A stretch of 64,000 nt of DNA from Aquiluna sp. (GTDB taxonomy: Bacteria > Actinomycetota > Actinomycetes > Actinomycetales > Microbacteriaceae): positions 2,861 to 66,860 of the forward strand of contig JAOGAX010000003.1 in the NCBI GenBank assembly GCA_028144365.1. Reading direction: 5' to 3'. Below, in pieces: positions 9,630 to 19,592 of the stretch. How positions within the stretch are numbered: position 1 is the first letter of the stretch; every line of letters begins with the position of its first letter. The position numbers and the translations under genes are program-made. A model generated the notes under the pieces. The model saw nothing but the letters and a program-made list of their open reading frames with translations. It was not told where the DNA came from and made no database searches.

Positions 9630-10541
9630 TCATTCTGCTTGGAGGACAGACCAGCTATTCGGATATATGCCAGAACCATCTCTGCTTCTGGTCCACAAAC
9701 TCGGCCTAATTATTTTGTCGCCGTCCAGCTCTGAAAGCCAAGCAGCCCACCACGAGAATGAGCTGTTGGAAAGAATCAACCTGGATGCCTGTGAAAGTAG
9801 GTGCAGATGCTGTGCTGGTCTTTCCCCGCTTGTTTCTGAAACGAATGTGGCTCCAGCCACTGTTGAAAACTCGGCTCGACACCACTCTTCGTCATCGGAA
9901 AAGAAGAAAACTCTTCGCTCCGTATGTTCAAGAGCTTCAAGAGCCTTCCAGTAATACCTCTGCGAAAGAACTCCGTGTTGGTCTCGAGCAGTTGAAACGA
10001 AATCTCCCCTGCGAATGTGAACTGCGAGAGAGTCAGAATCCCTAATCTCCCGTTCTATGCCAGCAAGTCGTTTTGGCAACGGACTTAGGATTTGAAGGTG
10101 GTTCTTCAAGGTCTCGTCGGCTTGATTGGCAAAAACCGGCGACGACCAGTACCCCTCGGCATAAATTAGGCCACATTTTTCGAATCTAGATTTGGTATCT
10201 AAATCTTCAAGGTTGCCGTCTCGGGATTCTTTGTAATGGCATCTTGAAATTCTCTTCGATGTGATGTTCGCCGCCAGGGAGTGAACAGGGGATCTCCCCG
10301 AGTTTCTCAAAATATCAATCTCCCGGGGCAAGTTGCCGCTCCTGTTGGGCAGGAAATTGAGGCCAGTATAGAGGTCGAGCTCCAGCCTTCGTGCAGTTGC
10401 TCTGGCCCTACGCGACAGATGTTCTAGACCGCGCATGTCGAGCCACAGCTCCCGCTTAAGTTTGTCGGCCAAGGCGAGACCGAAGGCCAATTGGAATAGC
10501 TGATTACCTAGGCCGCCATTTAGTTTTATGATGAGAGTCAT
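9630..10541 (-). CDS. Glycosyltransferase family 11, second copy
   Basis: GGLGNQLFQ, EGYW, HIRRGDF, FFSDD and NSSFSWWAAWL motifs. Confidence 0.9.
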   Translation of the reverse strand: MTLIIKLNGGLGNQLFQLAFGLALADKLKRELWLDMRGLEHLSRRARATARRLELDLYTGLNFLPNRSGNLPREIDILRNSGRSPVHSLAANITSKRISRCHYKESRDGNLEDLDTKSRFEKCGLIYAEGYWSSPVFANQADETLKNHLQILSPLPKRLAGIEREIRDSDSLAVHIRRGDFVSTARDQHGVLSQRYYWKALEALEHTERRVFFFSDDEEWCRAEFSTVAGATFVSETSGERPAQHLHLLSQASRLILSNSSFSWWAAWLSELDGDKIIRPSLWTRSRDGSGIYPNSWSVLQAE

Positions 10542-10629
10542 TTGACACCATTTTAGGAGGGTTCATTGGAGTCTGATCGGCCGGTTCTCACAACCCAGTT
10601 TTTTCCGTGTTCCAGGATTTAGTTTTACG

Positions 10630-11745
10630 ATGACGCGCGTTGTTCTGATTGGGATGTTAGATAGTGTGCACTTTGCCGGATGGCTCAAGCATTTTGCTGG
10701 CTTGGGAGTAACTTTCTACTTGTTCCCGTCATCGCCTCACCGAAGGCTTCACCCTGACGTCAAGGAACTGGCAGACGATTTTCCCAAGAATTTTGTCCTG
10801 CCCCGTCACCACATTTTCTTGGGTTTGCCTGCCTGGTTCATTGATAGGTTTCTGCGTGACCACTTTCGCTCCTTTTTACTGAGTCGACTTCTCAGACGCA
10901 TCCAGCCAAAATTCGCCCATGCTCTTGAGATTCAACATGCGGGCTACCTATTAGCTAAGGCCAAAAAAAGACTAGAGTCTGTTTCCTTTAGCACAGTCCT
11001 CACAAACTACGGGAGTGACATTTATTGGTTCCGCCAGTTCCCTTCCCACAGACGCAACCTAATTGAACTCTTGGCCCATACGGACTATTACTTAGCCGAA
11101 TGCAGCAGAGATGTTGACTTGGCTAGAGAGCTCGGGTACTCGGGGGCTGTATCTCCTGTTTTTCCTAATTCTGGCGGATTCGATAAAGACGACTTGCCGA
11201 AGCTTGCTGCAGAAGCGAGGGGAACTATTGCTATTAAGGGCTATCACGGCTGGGTTGGTCGGGCAAAAACGGCACTTGACTCGCTCGAACTCGTTCGGAA
11301 GGAAATAAATGAATTTCGAATTGTGGTGTACTCAGCCAATCTAGTGACACAACTCAAGGCATTCTCTGTCAAGAAGAGAACGGGGCTGGACATCCAAGTT
11401 TTCAAGAAAGGCAATCTGTCTCGCCTGCAGATGCGGGAGCTGTTTATGCAATCTGCTGCCTATGTTGGAGTCTCTTTGAGTGATGGCATAAGCACCTCCA
11501 TGTTGGAGGCGATGGCTTTTGGTGCGATTCCCGTGCAAACAGCAACCTCATGCTGCAACGAGTGGTTCGAATCGTCGGGGGTTGCACTTAAGGAAATATC
11601 AGCTCAGGCGGTCGCGACTGGCATTTTAGATGCGATAGCACTCTCGCAAGATCCGAAGCACAGGTTAGCCAATCAAAAAACCGTGCTAGATAAGGCTGCT
11701 CAGAGAGATGTTGCTGAGAATGCTCTGGCAACATATAGCCTTTGA
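10630..11745 (+). CDS. GT-B glycosyltransferase (GT4-like)
   Basis: GSDI and SDGISTSMLEAMAFGAIPV motifs. Confidence 0.8.
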   Translation: MTRVVLIGMLDSVHFAGWLKHFAGLGVTFYLFPSSPHRRLHPDVKELADDFPKNFVLPRHHIFLGLPAWFIDRFLRDHFRSFLLSRLLRRIQPKFAHALEIQHAGYLLAKAKKRLESVSFSTVLTNYGSDIYWFRQFPSHRRNLIELLAHTDYYLAECSRDVDLARELGYSGAVSPVFPNSGGFDKDDLPKLAAEARGTIAIKGYHGWVGRAKTALDSLELVRKEINEFRIVVYSANLVTQLKAFSVKKRTGLDIQVFKKGNLSRLQMRELFMQSAAYVGVSLSDGISTSMLEAMAFGAIPVQTATSCCNEWFESSGVALKEISAQAVATGILDAIALSQDPKHRLANQKTVLDKAAQRDVAENALATYSL

Positions 11746-11746
11746 C

Positions 11747-12760
11747 TCACGAGCGAATCTCCATGAAATCAGAGATTTGCGCCTCCACCAACTGGCGCGG
11801 ATTTTGGCGCCATTCCCTCTCCGCAAGGCTTAGTGTTGCGGATTCGAAAAAGTCGTATTTTGGAGTCCATCCAAGTTCAGATCGGGCCTTGGACGAATCT
11901 AGGCACAGAAACTGCGTTTCCTTGGGATCAGAAAGAGAAACTGCTGACTCAACTCTTAGACCGGGGAGTTTTGACTTTGAAAATTCGACTACGTCTTGTA
12001 CTGACTTGAAGTCGTCACTGTCAGGTCCGAAGTTGAGAGCGACAGGGGTTTGTCTCCCGCTTGACTGGATTCTCTCTAGGAATAGTAGGTAGCCATTGAG
12101 ACAATCGAGAACATGTTGCCAGGGTCTCACAGAGTCTGGATTTCTTACAACAAGGGGCTCTTCCGTCTCGTGGGCTCGCAACAAGTCAGGAAAGAGTCTA
12201 TTAGCCGCATGATCAAAGGCTCCAATAACGTTGCCGGCCCTGGCAATTCCTAGTTGCGCGCCCGGGTAGGTGTGACGCCAACTTTGCGCAAGAATGTCCG
12301 CCATTGACTTAGACGCACTGTATGGGTCAATTCCACCGAGTTCGTCCTCTTCGGAATACGAACGCTTTCCGCTGTCCTTGTAAACCTTGTCTGTTGTTAT
12401 TACTAGGGCAGGCTTCTCTTCGGCCTCCGTGATCCATGCTTCTAAGAAATTGAGAGTGCCACTAACGTTGGTTGAGAATGTTTCAGACGGATCCAAGTAC
12501 GAGTCTAAAACCAAAGGCTGTGCAGCCAGATGCAGTCCAACATCTGGATTTGCCTCGAATATGGCCTCTCTCAGCAATTTTTTGTCGCGGACATCACCAA
12601 TAAAGTGATGGGTAACATCCGCTTCGAGACCTGCCAGTTGAAACAGAGATTTAGCGTGAGGCTCCAGTGAGAAACCCGCGACCTCGTGCCCTAGATGCCG
12701 CAGGAGTAAGACTAACCAAGACCCCTTGAATCCCGTGTGGCCTGTTATGAAGTATTTCAT
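11747..12760 (-). CDS. rfbG: CDP-glucose 4,6-dehydratase
   Basis: [39 protein letters not shown] and RPWQHVLD motifs. Confidence 0.95.
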   Translation of the reverse strand: MKYFITGHTGFKGSWLVLLLRHLGHEVAGFSLEPHAKSLFQLAGLEADVTHHFIGDVRDKKLLREAIFEANPDVGLHLAAQPLVLDSYLDPSETFSTNVSGTLNFLEAWITEAEEKPALVITTDKVYKDSGKRSYSEEDELGGIDPYSASKSMADILAQSWRHTYPGAQLGIARAGNVIGAFDHAANRLFPDLLRAHETEEPLVVRNPDSVRPWQHVLDCLNGYLLFLERIQSSGRQTPVALNFGPDSDDFKSVQDVVEFSKSKLPGLRVESAVSLSDPKETQFLCLDSSKARSELGWTPKYDFFESATLSLAEREWRQNPRQLVEAQISDFMEIRS

Positions 12761-14067
12761 TTCCTCTGGTCTGCAAATTCGTGGAGAGATTCGATGACAT
12801 ACCCAAGCATCTCATTCGTTAGCCCAGGAAAGACGCCCAGCCAAAAAGTGTTCTTCATAACCACATCTGAATTGCTAAGTGATCCGATTACACGATGTTC
12901 AATGTTTTGATAAGCCGGCTGACGAAGGATGTTGCCTGCAAACAGAAGCCGAGTGCCGATCAATCTTTGATCTAGAAATCTAAGGAGGTCCGTTCTGTCT
13001 AAGGCACTGTCAGGGTGAATAGTAATCGGAAAGCCAAACCAAGAGGGGTCAGATTTCGGAGTGGCCAGGGGCAGAATGAAGTCGGAGATATCTTGAAGTC
13101 CGGCCGTCAAAGTGGAGAAGTTTTTCTTTCGAGCATTTACAAATTTATCAAGTTTGGCTAGCTGAGAAACACCGAGAGCCGCCTGCATGTCAGTAGCCTT
13201 AAGGTTGTATCCGATATGGCTGTAAATGTATTTGTGGTCATAGCCTTTTGGCAGATTTCCCAACTGCCATTCAAACCTTTTGTGACAAGTGTTGTCGTGA
13301 CCCGTAGCGCAGTAGCAGTCTCGACCCCAATCGCGGAAAGATTCCACCTGCTTCTTTATTAGAGGCTTATTTACAAACACCGCACCACCCTCGCCCGTTG
13401 TTATGTGGTGGGCCGGATAGAAACTAACGGTTGCTGTGTCACCAAAGCTCCCAGTTTTCTTGCCATCGTAAGTTGAGCCAAGCGCATCACAAGAATCTTC
13501 GATAAGCCATAGGTCGTGTTCCTGGCATATCGATTTGATTTGGGCAACATCAAATGGGTTTCCGAGAGTGTGTGCCATCATGATGGCCCGCGTCTTAGGA
13601 GAGATAGCTTCTTTGACCTGGTCGATTACTGCGTCGTAGGTGCCGAGTTCAATATCGACAAAGACCGGGATGAGCCTATTTTGAATAATTGGATTTACAG
13701 TTGTTGGGAAGCCAGCTGCAACGGTTATGACCTCATCTCCGGGTTTGAGTGCTCTTTTACCGAGCTTAGGGCTCGTGAGTGCAGAGAGGGCGACAAGATT
13801 TGCACTTGATCCGCTGTTTACGAACACGGCATTTCTAACGCCCACGTATCTAGCCAAGCCACGTTCAAACTCGTCGTGAAATCGACCCGAAGTTAGCCAG
13901 CCATCAAGCGAGGCCTCAATCAGCGCCAGGTAATCATCAGTTTCAAGGACCTTGCCTGACACAGGAACCGGGGTGTGACCGCGGAGAAAAGCACCAGTTG
14001 AAACATGCTCAGCTTGCAGTTTTTCGCTGACGAGTTGTTCAATTAGAGATTTCATTTCTATATTCAA
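12757..14067 (-). CDS. rfbH: CDP-4-keto-6-deoxyglucose 3-dehydrase (E1/DdhC)
   Basis: NSGSSANL; [14 protein letters not shown] with His in place of the Schiff-base Lys; Fe-S motif GRDCYC...NTC; YDHKY. Confidence 0.95.
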   Translation of the reverse strand: MNIEMKSLIEQLVSEKLQAEHVSTGAFLRGHTPVPVSGKVLETDDYLALIEASLDGWLTSGRFHDEFERGLARYVGVRNAVFVNSGSSANLVALSALTSPKLGKRALKPGDEVITVAAGFPTTVNPIIQNRLIPVFVDIELGTYDAVIDQVKEAISPKTRAIMMAHTLGNPFDVAQIKSICQEHDLWLIEDSCDALGSTYDGKKTGSFGDTATVSFYPAHHITTGEGGAVFVNKPLIKKQVESFRDWGRDCYCATGHDNTCHKRFEWQLGNLPKGYDHKYIYSHIGYNLKATDMQAALGVSQLAKLDKFVNARKKNFSTLTAGLQDISDFILPLATPKSDPSWFGFPITIHPDSALDRTDLLRFLDQRLIGTRLLFAGNILRQPAYQNIEHRVIGSLSNSDVVMKNTFWLGVFPGLTNEMLGYVIESLHEFADQRK

Positions 14068-14078
14068 GGATTCCCCAC

Positions 14079-15083
14079 CTATAAATTTGCCAAATCCTGG
14101 GCAATTTCCCAGATCACGCTTTCTTGCCCGGCCACAAGCTTACGTCTTGCAACCTCGCTCCATATATCTTGGGCAGGGATTGAGTGAGCTAAGGATGCCA
14201 TTTTCACCTGAGGGCTGTAGCCACTGAATGCACCAGCTAATCCGCTCCGAACACTTTGCGAGGAGATCTTAGGCAAGTAGTCGGTGAAAGTGGCTTCAAC
14301 ATACTCCGCCATCTGCATAAACTTTTCGAAATCTGAAGAGCGAATCTCACCTTCCTGATTCAACCATGCACCTAGAAGCTCTAAATGAACATTTCCAGCT
14401 CCAGCACCCAGGCCGGCAGACGACCCATCCAAAATGTCCGCACCCGCGCGCGCTGCTGCAACTGCATTTGCCAATCCAAAACCAAGGTTGTTGTGTGCGT
14501 GAAATCCAATCATGATTTTTTCGGGGAGGGCATCCCTGAGGACTTGAACTCGCTGACTTACTGTTTCAGGACGATAAGTTCCAGCCGAATCCATGATGAT
14601 GACTCCAACGGCGCCATACCCGACAAGTTTCCTCGCTTCAGCTGCAAGTTGTGTCAACTCTGCCATGTGGCTCATCATAAGGACGCCATGAACAATCACT
14701 TGCCTGTCCGCCAACTTCTCGATGTGAGGGGCACAAACGTCGGCTTCGGTCACGTGGGACGCAACACGATATAAATCGATACCGATATCCAAGGCAACGC
14801 TAACGTCGCGCCTAAAAGTGGCGAAACCAGGAATTATATGGACTCCAAGTTTCCTGTGCGTCAGTGATTCCCGAGCGGCACTGAGTAGGTCATAATCTAG
14901 AGCTGAGGACTTTCCCACGAGGTAGGACGAGGCGCCTAGTCCATTTCCATGTCCAACCTCAATGACTTCCGCAACACTGTCGTTAGCAATTTTGCAATAC
15001 TCCGAGACTTGAGAGGCTTGGAGGCTATGGCGCAGAGCGTGGTTACCATCTCTGAGCGTTACATCATGAATGTCAATCTTCAT
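14079..15083 (-). CDS. 4-hydroxy-2-oxovalerate aldolase (DmpG/MhpE family)
   Basis: [36 protein letters not shown] and a C-terminal communication domain (LVAGQES). ATG 15083 is in an ATGA overlap. Confidence 0.9.
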   Translation of the reverse strand: MKIDIHDVTLRDGNHALRHSLQASQVSEYCKIANDSVAEVIEVGHGNGLGASSYLVGKSSALDYDLLSAARESLTHRKLGVHIIPGFATFRRDVSVALDIGIDLYRVASHVTEADVCAPHIEKLADRQVIVHGVLMMSHMAELTQLAAEARKLVGYGAVGVIIMDSAGTYRPETVSQRVQVLRDALPEKIMIGFHAHNNLGFGLANAVAAARAGADILDGSSAGLGAGAGNVHLELLGAWLNQEGEIRSSDFEKFMQMAEYVEATFTDYLPKISSQSVRSGLAGAFSGYSPQVKMASLAHSIPAQDIWSEVARRKLVAGQESVIWEIAQDLANL

Positions 15084-15955
15084 TTTGACATACCGCATAA
15101 AATTCGCGCGGTCTGTATCGCGGCGGCGTTGATAATGTCCAGATTTCCCGAGTAATTTGGGAGGTAGTATCCCGCACCCTCCACGCTAACGGTGCTGAGA
15201 AAAACGTTTTTTGCGATTTCGGTGGGAGGAAGGACTAACTTGTAGCCAGGGACATCCGCAGAAACTCGATTAATCATCTCAATCACATTTTTCTCGGCAG
15301 CCTTGATATCCATGCTGCTCGCCTCGATTGTCACAGAGGTCCTCATCATTACCTGAGGCAATGCAGGGTTGAGAACCAAAATAGCCTTGCTCGGGGCTCC
15401 AGCTAGTCGAGCAGCGGTTGCTTCTGTGGCCTCAATGTAGTGATCTAAGTTTTTTCTCGTAGCCGGTCCCGCTGAATCCGAAGCAATGCTTGAAGAAATC
15501 TCTACGCTTGCTATTTCTCCGCTGCCGGCGCACATTGCTGCGACTATTGGGCTTGAGGATTGTCCACCGCAGGTAACCATGTTGAAGTTTCTTTTGTTGC
15601 CTGTTTGAATCACACTTTTGTCGAGAATCGGAATCACCTCAAGTCCGATGCGAGAAGGTGTCAAGTCAATTGCCCATGCTTCTGTCTCAGTCTCAATTCG
15701 CTGCCAATGCCGAACATGATCGAAAGCTGAAGTCGCATCAAAAAAACCATCCACGGAGACGCCTTGGTCCAGAAATTCTTCTAGGCCACCGGCAAATGTC
15801 GACACCCCTTTATCCGCCATTCGCTGCAAACCCGGGCTGTCGCTTCGTCTTCCAATTAGTGCTGCAATTTTAAACTCGGAGTCGTGAAGTATTCGTTCGG
15901 CCAGATCAACGCCAATGTTTCCAGAGCCCAGTATCGCGATAGTGGGTTTACTCAC
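15080..15955 (-). CDS. Acetaldehyde dehydrogenase, acylating (DmpF/MhpF family)
   Basis: AILGSGNIG, FDATSA, NMVTCGGQ (catalytic Cys), SAGPATR and GNLDIINAAA. GTG 15955 overlaps the ThDP gene stop; the longer N-terminus in the ORF track is spurious. Confidence 0.9.
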   Translation of the reverse strand: MSKPTIAILGSGNIGVDLAERILHDSEFKIAALIGRRSDSPGLQRMADKGVSTFAGGLEEFLDQGVSVDGFFDATSAFDHVRHWQRIETETEAWAIDLTPSRIGLEVIPILDKSVIQTGNKRNFNMVTCGGQSSSPIVAAMCAGSGEIASVEISSSIASDSAGPATRKNLDHYIEATEATAARLAGAPSKAILVLNPALPQVMMRTSVTIEASSMDIKAAEKNVIEMINRVSADVPGYKLVLPPTEIAKNVFLSTVSVEGAGYYLPNYSGNLDIINAAAIQTARILCGMSK

Positions 15956-17759
15956 TTCGAAACACCTTTTCAATTTGATCCATAACTGCACTTGCAAGGG
16001 GCGGATCGAGGTCCTCGAGAGGTGGAGACGTGAGGGACCCATCCTGCAATTTACGCGTTCCGAGTCTTGGTAGATATTTCTGCTCGGGGTCCATAAGTAC
16101 CTCAATTAGCATGGCTTCTTGCGACTGAAGCGCTTCAGATAGATCCTTCGAACTAGAATTTGCGTCCCATCTGAGGTAGTCCAACCCAAAGCCTCGAGCT
16201 AGGGCTTCAAAATTAGGGAAAGACAAGTGTTGGCCGGAATCCGATCCTTCAAATCTCCCATCGAATAGATTTGATTGGGAGATTCTGATCATGGAATAGC
16301 CGCGATTATTGAACACGACCAGCTTGATTGGCAGTTTCTTGGTAACGAGTGTCTGCAGCTCTTGGAGATTGAACATGATTCCACCATCAGTGTTCAAACA
16401 TACGACTTGCCTCGCCTCCATTTCTGACCGTGTACCAATAGCGGCACCTATGGCCCCAGGTAACCCAAATCCCATCTCGCCGAGACCTTGTGAAGTGAAA
16501 ATTGTTCGCATGGAGTTCCCGCGGAGGGCGTAGTGACCGGATAGAAGTCCCGCCCCCACGTCCGTGGTAATAATGGCATTCTCGTCAAGTAATTCATTCA
16601 AATAACTGATAAACGCCAGCGAGTGAACATATTTTTGACCTAAATTTTGCTTGGCTTCTTTTTCGAATCTTGGAAGAAGATTTCGTGTACTGGCGATTTG
16701 GGTCAGCCACAACTTTCTTTCCGAATTAACTGACTGTTTGCTTGAGATTGCTCTTGCAAGCACGTTCGCGTCCCCCAGCAGCGCCAGGTAGCCTTCCCTT
16801 GGATGCTTATTCAATTCATTTAGATCGACATCCACAACAATTTTCAGAGCACAACGCCCAAAATCCCGTCTGTCGTAGCCAACTTGGGGAATAGAGAGCC
16901 TCGTGCCTAGGCACAGAATCAGGTCTGCTTGCTGAACGATGTGATTTGCAGCCCGATCGCCGTAAATGCCAACTCTTCCAATGTTTAGATCGTCTATGTC
17001 GGAGTGCTTGTCAATGGCTGACCACGATACGGCATATGGAATCAAGCTTTTTCGGCAAAAGTTGCGAATCGATTCGTGTTCTGATAACCCTTGGCCTATG
17101 TAAATTAGAGGCCTCTTGGCTGCGGTTAGTCGGCTCAGAATGTCCTCGAGGTCAAAAGGCAGGTCAAGAGTGGTTTGCGACGCTGTGATTAATTCGCGCA
17201 AAGACCCAACTGCCTGAGATGGCTCAGCAAGATTACCCAGGATCTCTCTCTGAATGTCCATTGGAAAGTCCAGATGAACAGGACCTTTGCGATCGGTGAG
17301 GGCATATCTTCCCGCCAGAGTGACGATGCAGAAGACATCCGAAGCGAACGAGACACGTTCCGAATGTTTAGATACGGGTTTTAGGAATTCAACTGACTCG
17401 TACCCTTGCACTCCGAAAGCACGCATGCCCCGCATGGCCGAAATGTGGTAGCTGCTCTCGTTTCCAGAAACAACGAGAAGTGGTACTGAATCCAAACAAG
17501 CACTCAGAACTCCTGTGGCTACATTGGATGTTCCACCACCTGTCGTTACAAGCACAAGAGGCAGACGACCGGTAGTTCGCCAATAACCGATCGCCGCCAT
17601 AGCGGCAGCCTGCTCGTGATGAAAGTAATGAACAGAGATACCTGCAAGGCAAACTTCATCAACTAGAGCTAGATTGCCTGCCCCCGTGATGCAAAAGACA
17701 TCGTCAATGCCCAAATCTTGAAGAGCACGCACGAATTCTTTAGCCCCGGTAGTCTTCAT
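15948..17759 (-). CDS. Thiamine-diphosphate-dependent carboligase (YerE/acetolactate-synthase-like)
   Basis: HHEQAAAMAA, GLGEMGFGLPGAIG and TDGG...NNRGY ThDP motif. SD GGAGG present. Sits in a CDP-dideoxysugar operon. Confidence 0.9.
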   Translation of the reverse strand: MKTTGAKEFVRALQDLGIDDVFCITGAGNLALVDEVCLAGISVHYFHHEQAAAMAAIGYWRTTGRLPLVLVTTGGGTSNVATGVLSACLDSVPLLVVSGNESSYHISAMRGMRAFGVQGYESVEFLKPVSKHSERVSFASDVFCIVTLAGRYALTDRKGPVHLDFPMDIQREILGNLAEPSQAVGSLRELITASQTTLDLPFDLEDILSRLTAAKRPLIYIGQGLSEHESIRNFCRKSLIPYAVSWSAIDKHSDIDDLNIGRVGIYGDRAANHIVQQADLILCLGTRLSIPQVGYDRRDFGRCALKIVVDVDLNELNKHPREGYLALLGDANVLARAISSKQSVNSERKLWLTQIASTRNLLPRFEKEAKQNLGQKYVHSLAFISYLNELLDENAIITTDVGAGLLSGHYALRGNSMRTIFTSQGLGEMGFGLPGAIGAAIGTRSEMEARQVVCLNTDGGIMFNLQELQTLVTKKLPIKLVVFNNRGYSMIRISQSNLFDGRFEGSDSGQHLSFPNFEALARGFGLDYLRWDANSSSKDLSEALQSQEAMLIEVLMDPEQKYLPRLGTRKLQDGSLTSPPLEDLDPPLASAVMDQIEKVFRSE

Positions 17760-17816
17760 TTTCCTCCACCGCTGTCTTCTGTAGTCTAATTAAGAACATT
17801 CGTTGAAGGGTTACCA

Positions 17817-18587
17817 ATGAAAGCTGTCATCCTGGCCGGGGGCCTTGGAACTCGTATTTCAGAGGAATCTGATACCAAGCCTAAGCCGATGGTTGAGATC
17901 GGCGGCAAGCCGATGCTTCTACACATCATGTCTCACTTTGCCAAGTTTGGAATCACAGAATTCATAATCGCTACGGGTTATCGCGGTTACCAAATAAAAG
18001 AGTACTTTGCCAATTACTTTGCCCACAACAACGACTTCACTGTAAATCTGGGGTCGGGTATCCGCTCCTACCATGGCAAATCTGTCACGATGGACTGGAA
18101 AGTGACAATCGTAGACACGGGTCTTGAAACACAAACCGGTGGAAGGTTGAAACGCCTCGAGCCTTTTCTCCAAGGTGAAGATTTTTTTCTGACATACGGT
18201 GACGGTCTAACTGACGCTGATTTGTCGCAGGAGTTAGCTCTGCACGTTAGCAATGGATCTGCCGTCACAGTTTTGGCGGTGCGGCCACCCGCTCGATTTG
18301 CGAGGTTGGAGATTAGTGACAGCGGTCTGGTAGAGGAAGTGGTTGAAAAGCCTCTGGCCGAGGGTGGGTGGATTAATGGTGGTTATTTCATTATGTCATC
18401 TAAGGTTTTTCAACATCTCGACGGCGATCAGTGCATTTTGGAGCGCAGCCCTCTTGAGGCGCTAGCTGCAAGTGGCGAACTCAATGCCTTTAGGCACGAT
18501 GGTTTTTGGATGGCGATGGACACACTAAGGGACAAGCGGATGCTTGAGGATCTTTACGCCTCGGGTAATCCGCCTTGGGAAAGTTAG
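17817..18587 (+). CDS. rfbF: Glucose-1-phosphate cytidylyltransferase
   Basis: ILAGGLGTRISEE, KPKPMVEIGG, TGGRLKR, LTYGDG and FWMAMDTLRDK motifs. Confidence 0.96.
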   Translation: MKAVILAGGLGTRISEESDTKPKPMVEIGGKPMLLHIMSHFAKFGITEFIIATGYRGYQIKEYFANYFAHNNDFTVNLGSGIRSYHGKSVTMDWKVTIVDTGLETQTGGRLKRLEPFLQGEDFFLTYGDGLTDADLSQELALHVSNGSAVTVLAVRPPARFARLEISDSGLVEEVVEKPLAEGGWINGGYFIMSSKVFQHLDGDQCILERSPLEALAASGELNAFRHDGFWMAMDTLRDKRMLEDLYASGNPPWES

Positions 18588-19489
18588 GGAACGATTTGAG
18601 GGTCCTTGTCACTGGTGCGTCAGGAATGCTTGGAGGTGCAGTAGTTAGAGCACTAATGTCTTACCACTCCTCAGTCGAGATTTTCGCTCTGCGCCACCGC
18701 AGCAGTATTCCAGCTGGCGTAAGGGAACTATCCCGGAACGAATTGAGTCCAAAGAGATTCGATGTAATTGTTCATGCCGCCAGTCCAGCATCGCCTGTAG
18801 ACCATGTAAAGGCAACTAATGTGATTGATGCAAATGTTCAACTAACTAACGAGCTACTTGCCACCACCAAACCAAATGGGGTTTTTGTATTCATCTCAAC
18901 GGGTGAGGTATACGGACCCGAGGCGGGTAACGGGGTGGGCGAATGGGAGTCAATCAAGCCCCAAATGGCAGGACCTAGAAGCTATTACCCTTTGGCGAAA
19001 GTCCTTGGTGAAAATCTCGTACTGTCACAATGTAATGTCCGTAGTGTGGTGCTTCGAACTTTTCATACGTTTGGTCCTGGAGTGCGGCGTGATGATGGTC
19101 GCTCATTTGCTGATTTCATTTGGGGGGCCGCGCAAAACAAAAGAATTGAGCTCAAATCGGACGGAAGTGCCGTAAGGTCCTTGCTGCACGTAGATGATTT
19201 TGCCAGGGGTGTTCTTGCTGTGATGGATTCAACTGTCGCGCATGGCATCTACAACATCGGATCATCGATCCCAATGAGCATTTTGGACATCGCAAAACGA
19301 ATTTCTACGATAGCAGGCGCGGACTTGAGTTTCTCTTCAATCAATAATCCTAAAGATGTTTCACCGATAAATGTCTTGACGCCAAATGTTGAGAAGTTGG
19401 AGTCAGCCGGCTGGCGGAGGCTGAAAGGCGTCGACGACATCATAAAGGACACCCTCTATTGGATTAGTGTAGTCAATCCGAGTGAGTGA
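18575..19489 (+). CDS. NAD(P)-dependent extended SDR (epimerase/reductase); candidate branched-sugar ketoreductase
   Basis: TGASGMLG, HAASPASP, STGEVYG, YPLAK (YxxxK) and FHTFGPG motifs; overlaps the rfbF end. Confidence 0.8.
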   Translation: MGKLGNDLRVLVTGASGMLGGAVVRALMSYHSSVEIFALRHRSSIPAGVRELSRNELSPKRFDVIVHAASPASPVDHVKATNVIDANVQLTNELLATTKPNGVFVFISTGEVYGPEAGNGVGEWESIKPQMAGPRSYYPLAKVLGENLVLSQCNVRSVVLRTFHTFGPGVRRDDGRSFADFIWGAAQNKRIELKSDGSAVRSLLHVDDFARGVLAVMDSTVAHGIYNIGSSIPMSILDIAKRISTIAGADLSFSSINNPKDVSPINVLTPNVEKLESAGWRRLKGVDDIIKDTLYWISVVNPSE

Positions 19490-19592
19490 AGTTGCGCCAA
19501 TTTATTTGATCATGTATGGGTTGTGGACTGGGACGCATCTAACTGCGATTTGGAGGGGAGAGTCCCATTCAGTCACTTGGAAACGCAGGCTG

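Noticed and set aside
14079-15955. Aromatic meta-cleavage operon
   Set aside because: No dioxygenase, hydrolase or hydratase is present, and the genes are translationally coupled to sugar genes.
15948-17759. ilvB acetolactate synthase for branched-chain amino acids
   Set aside because: No ilvN/ilvC nearby; context indicates a sugar-branching carboligase.
800-19130. Homopolymer runs in island genes (A7, T7, G6) as phase-variation tracts
   Set aside because: Too short, and all reading frames are intact.
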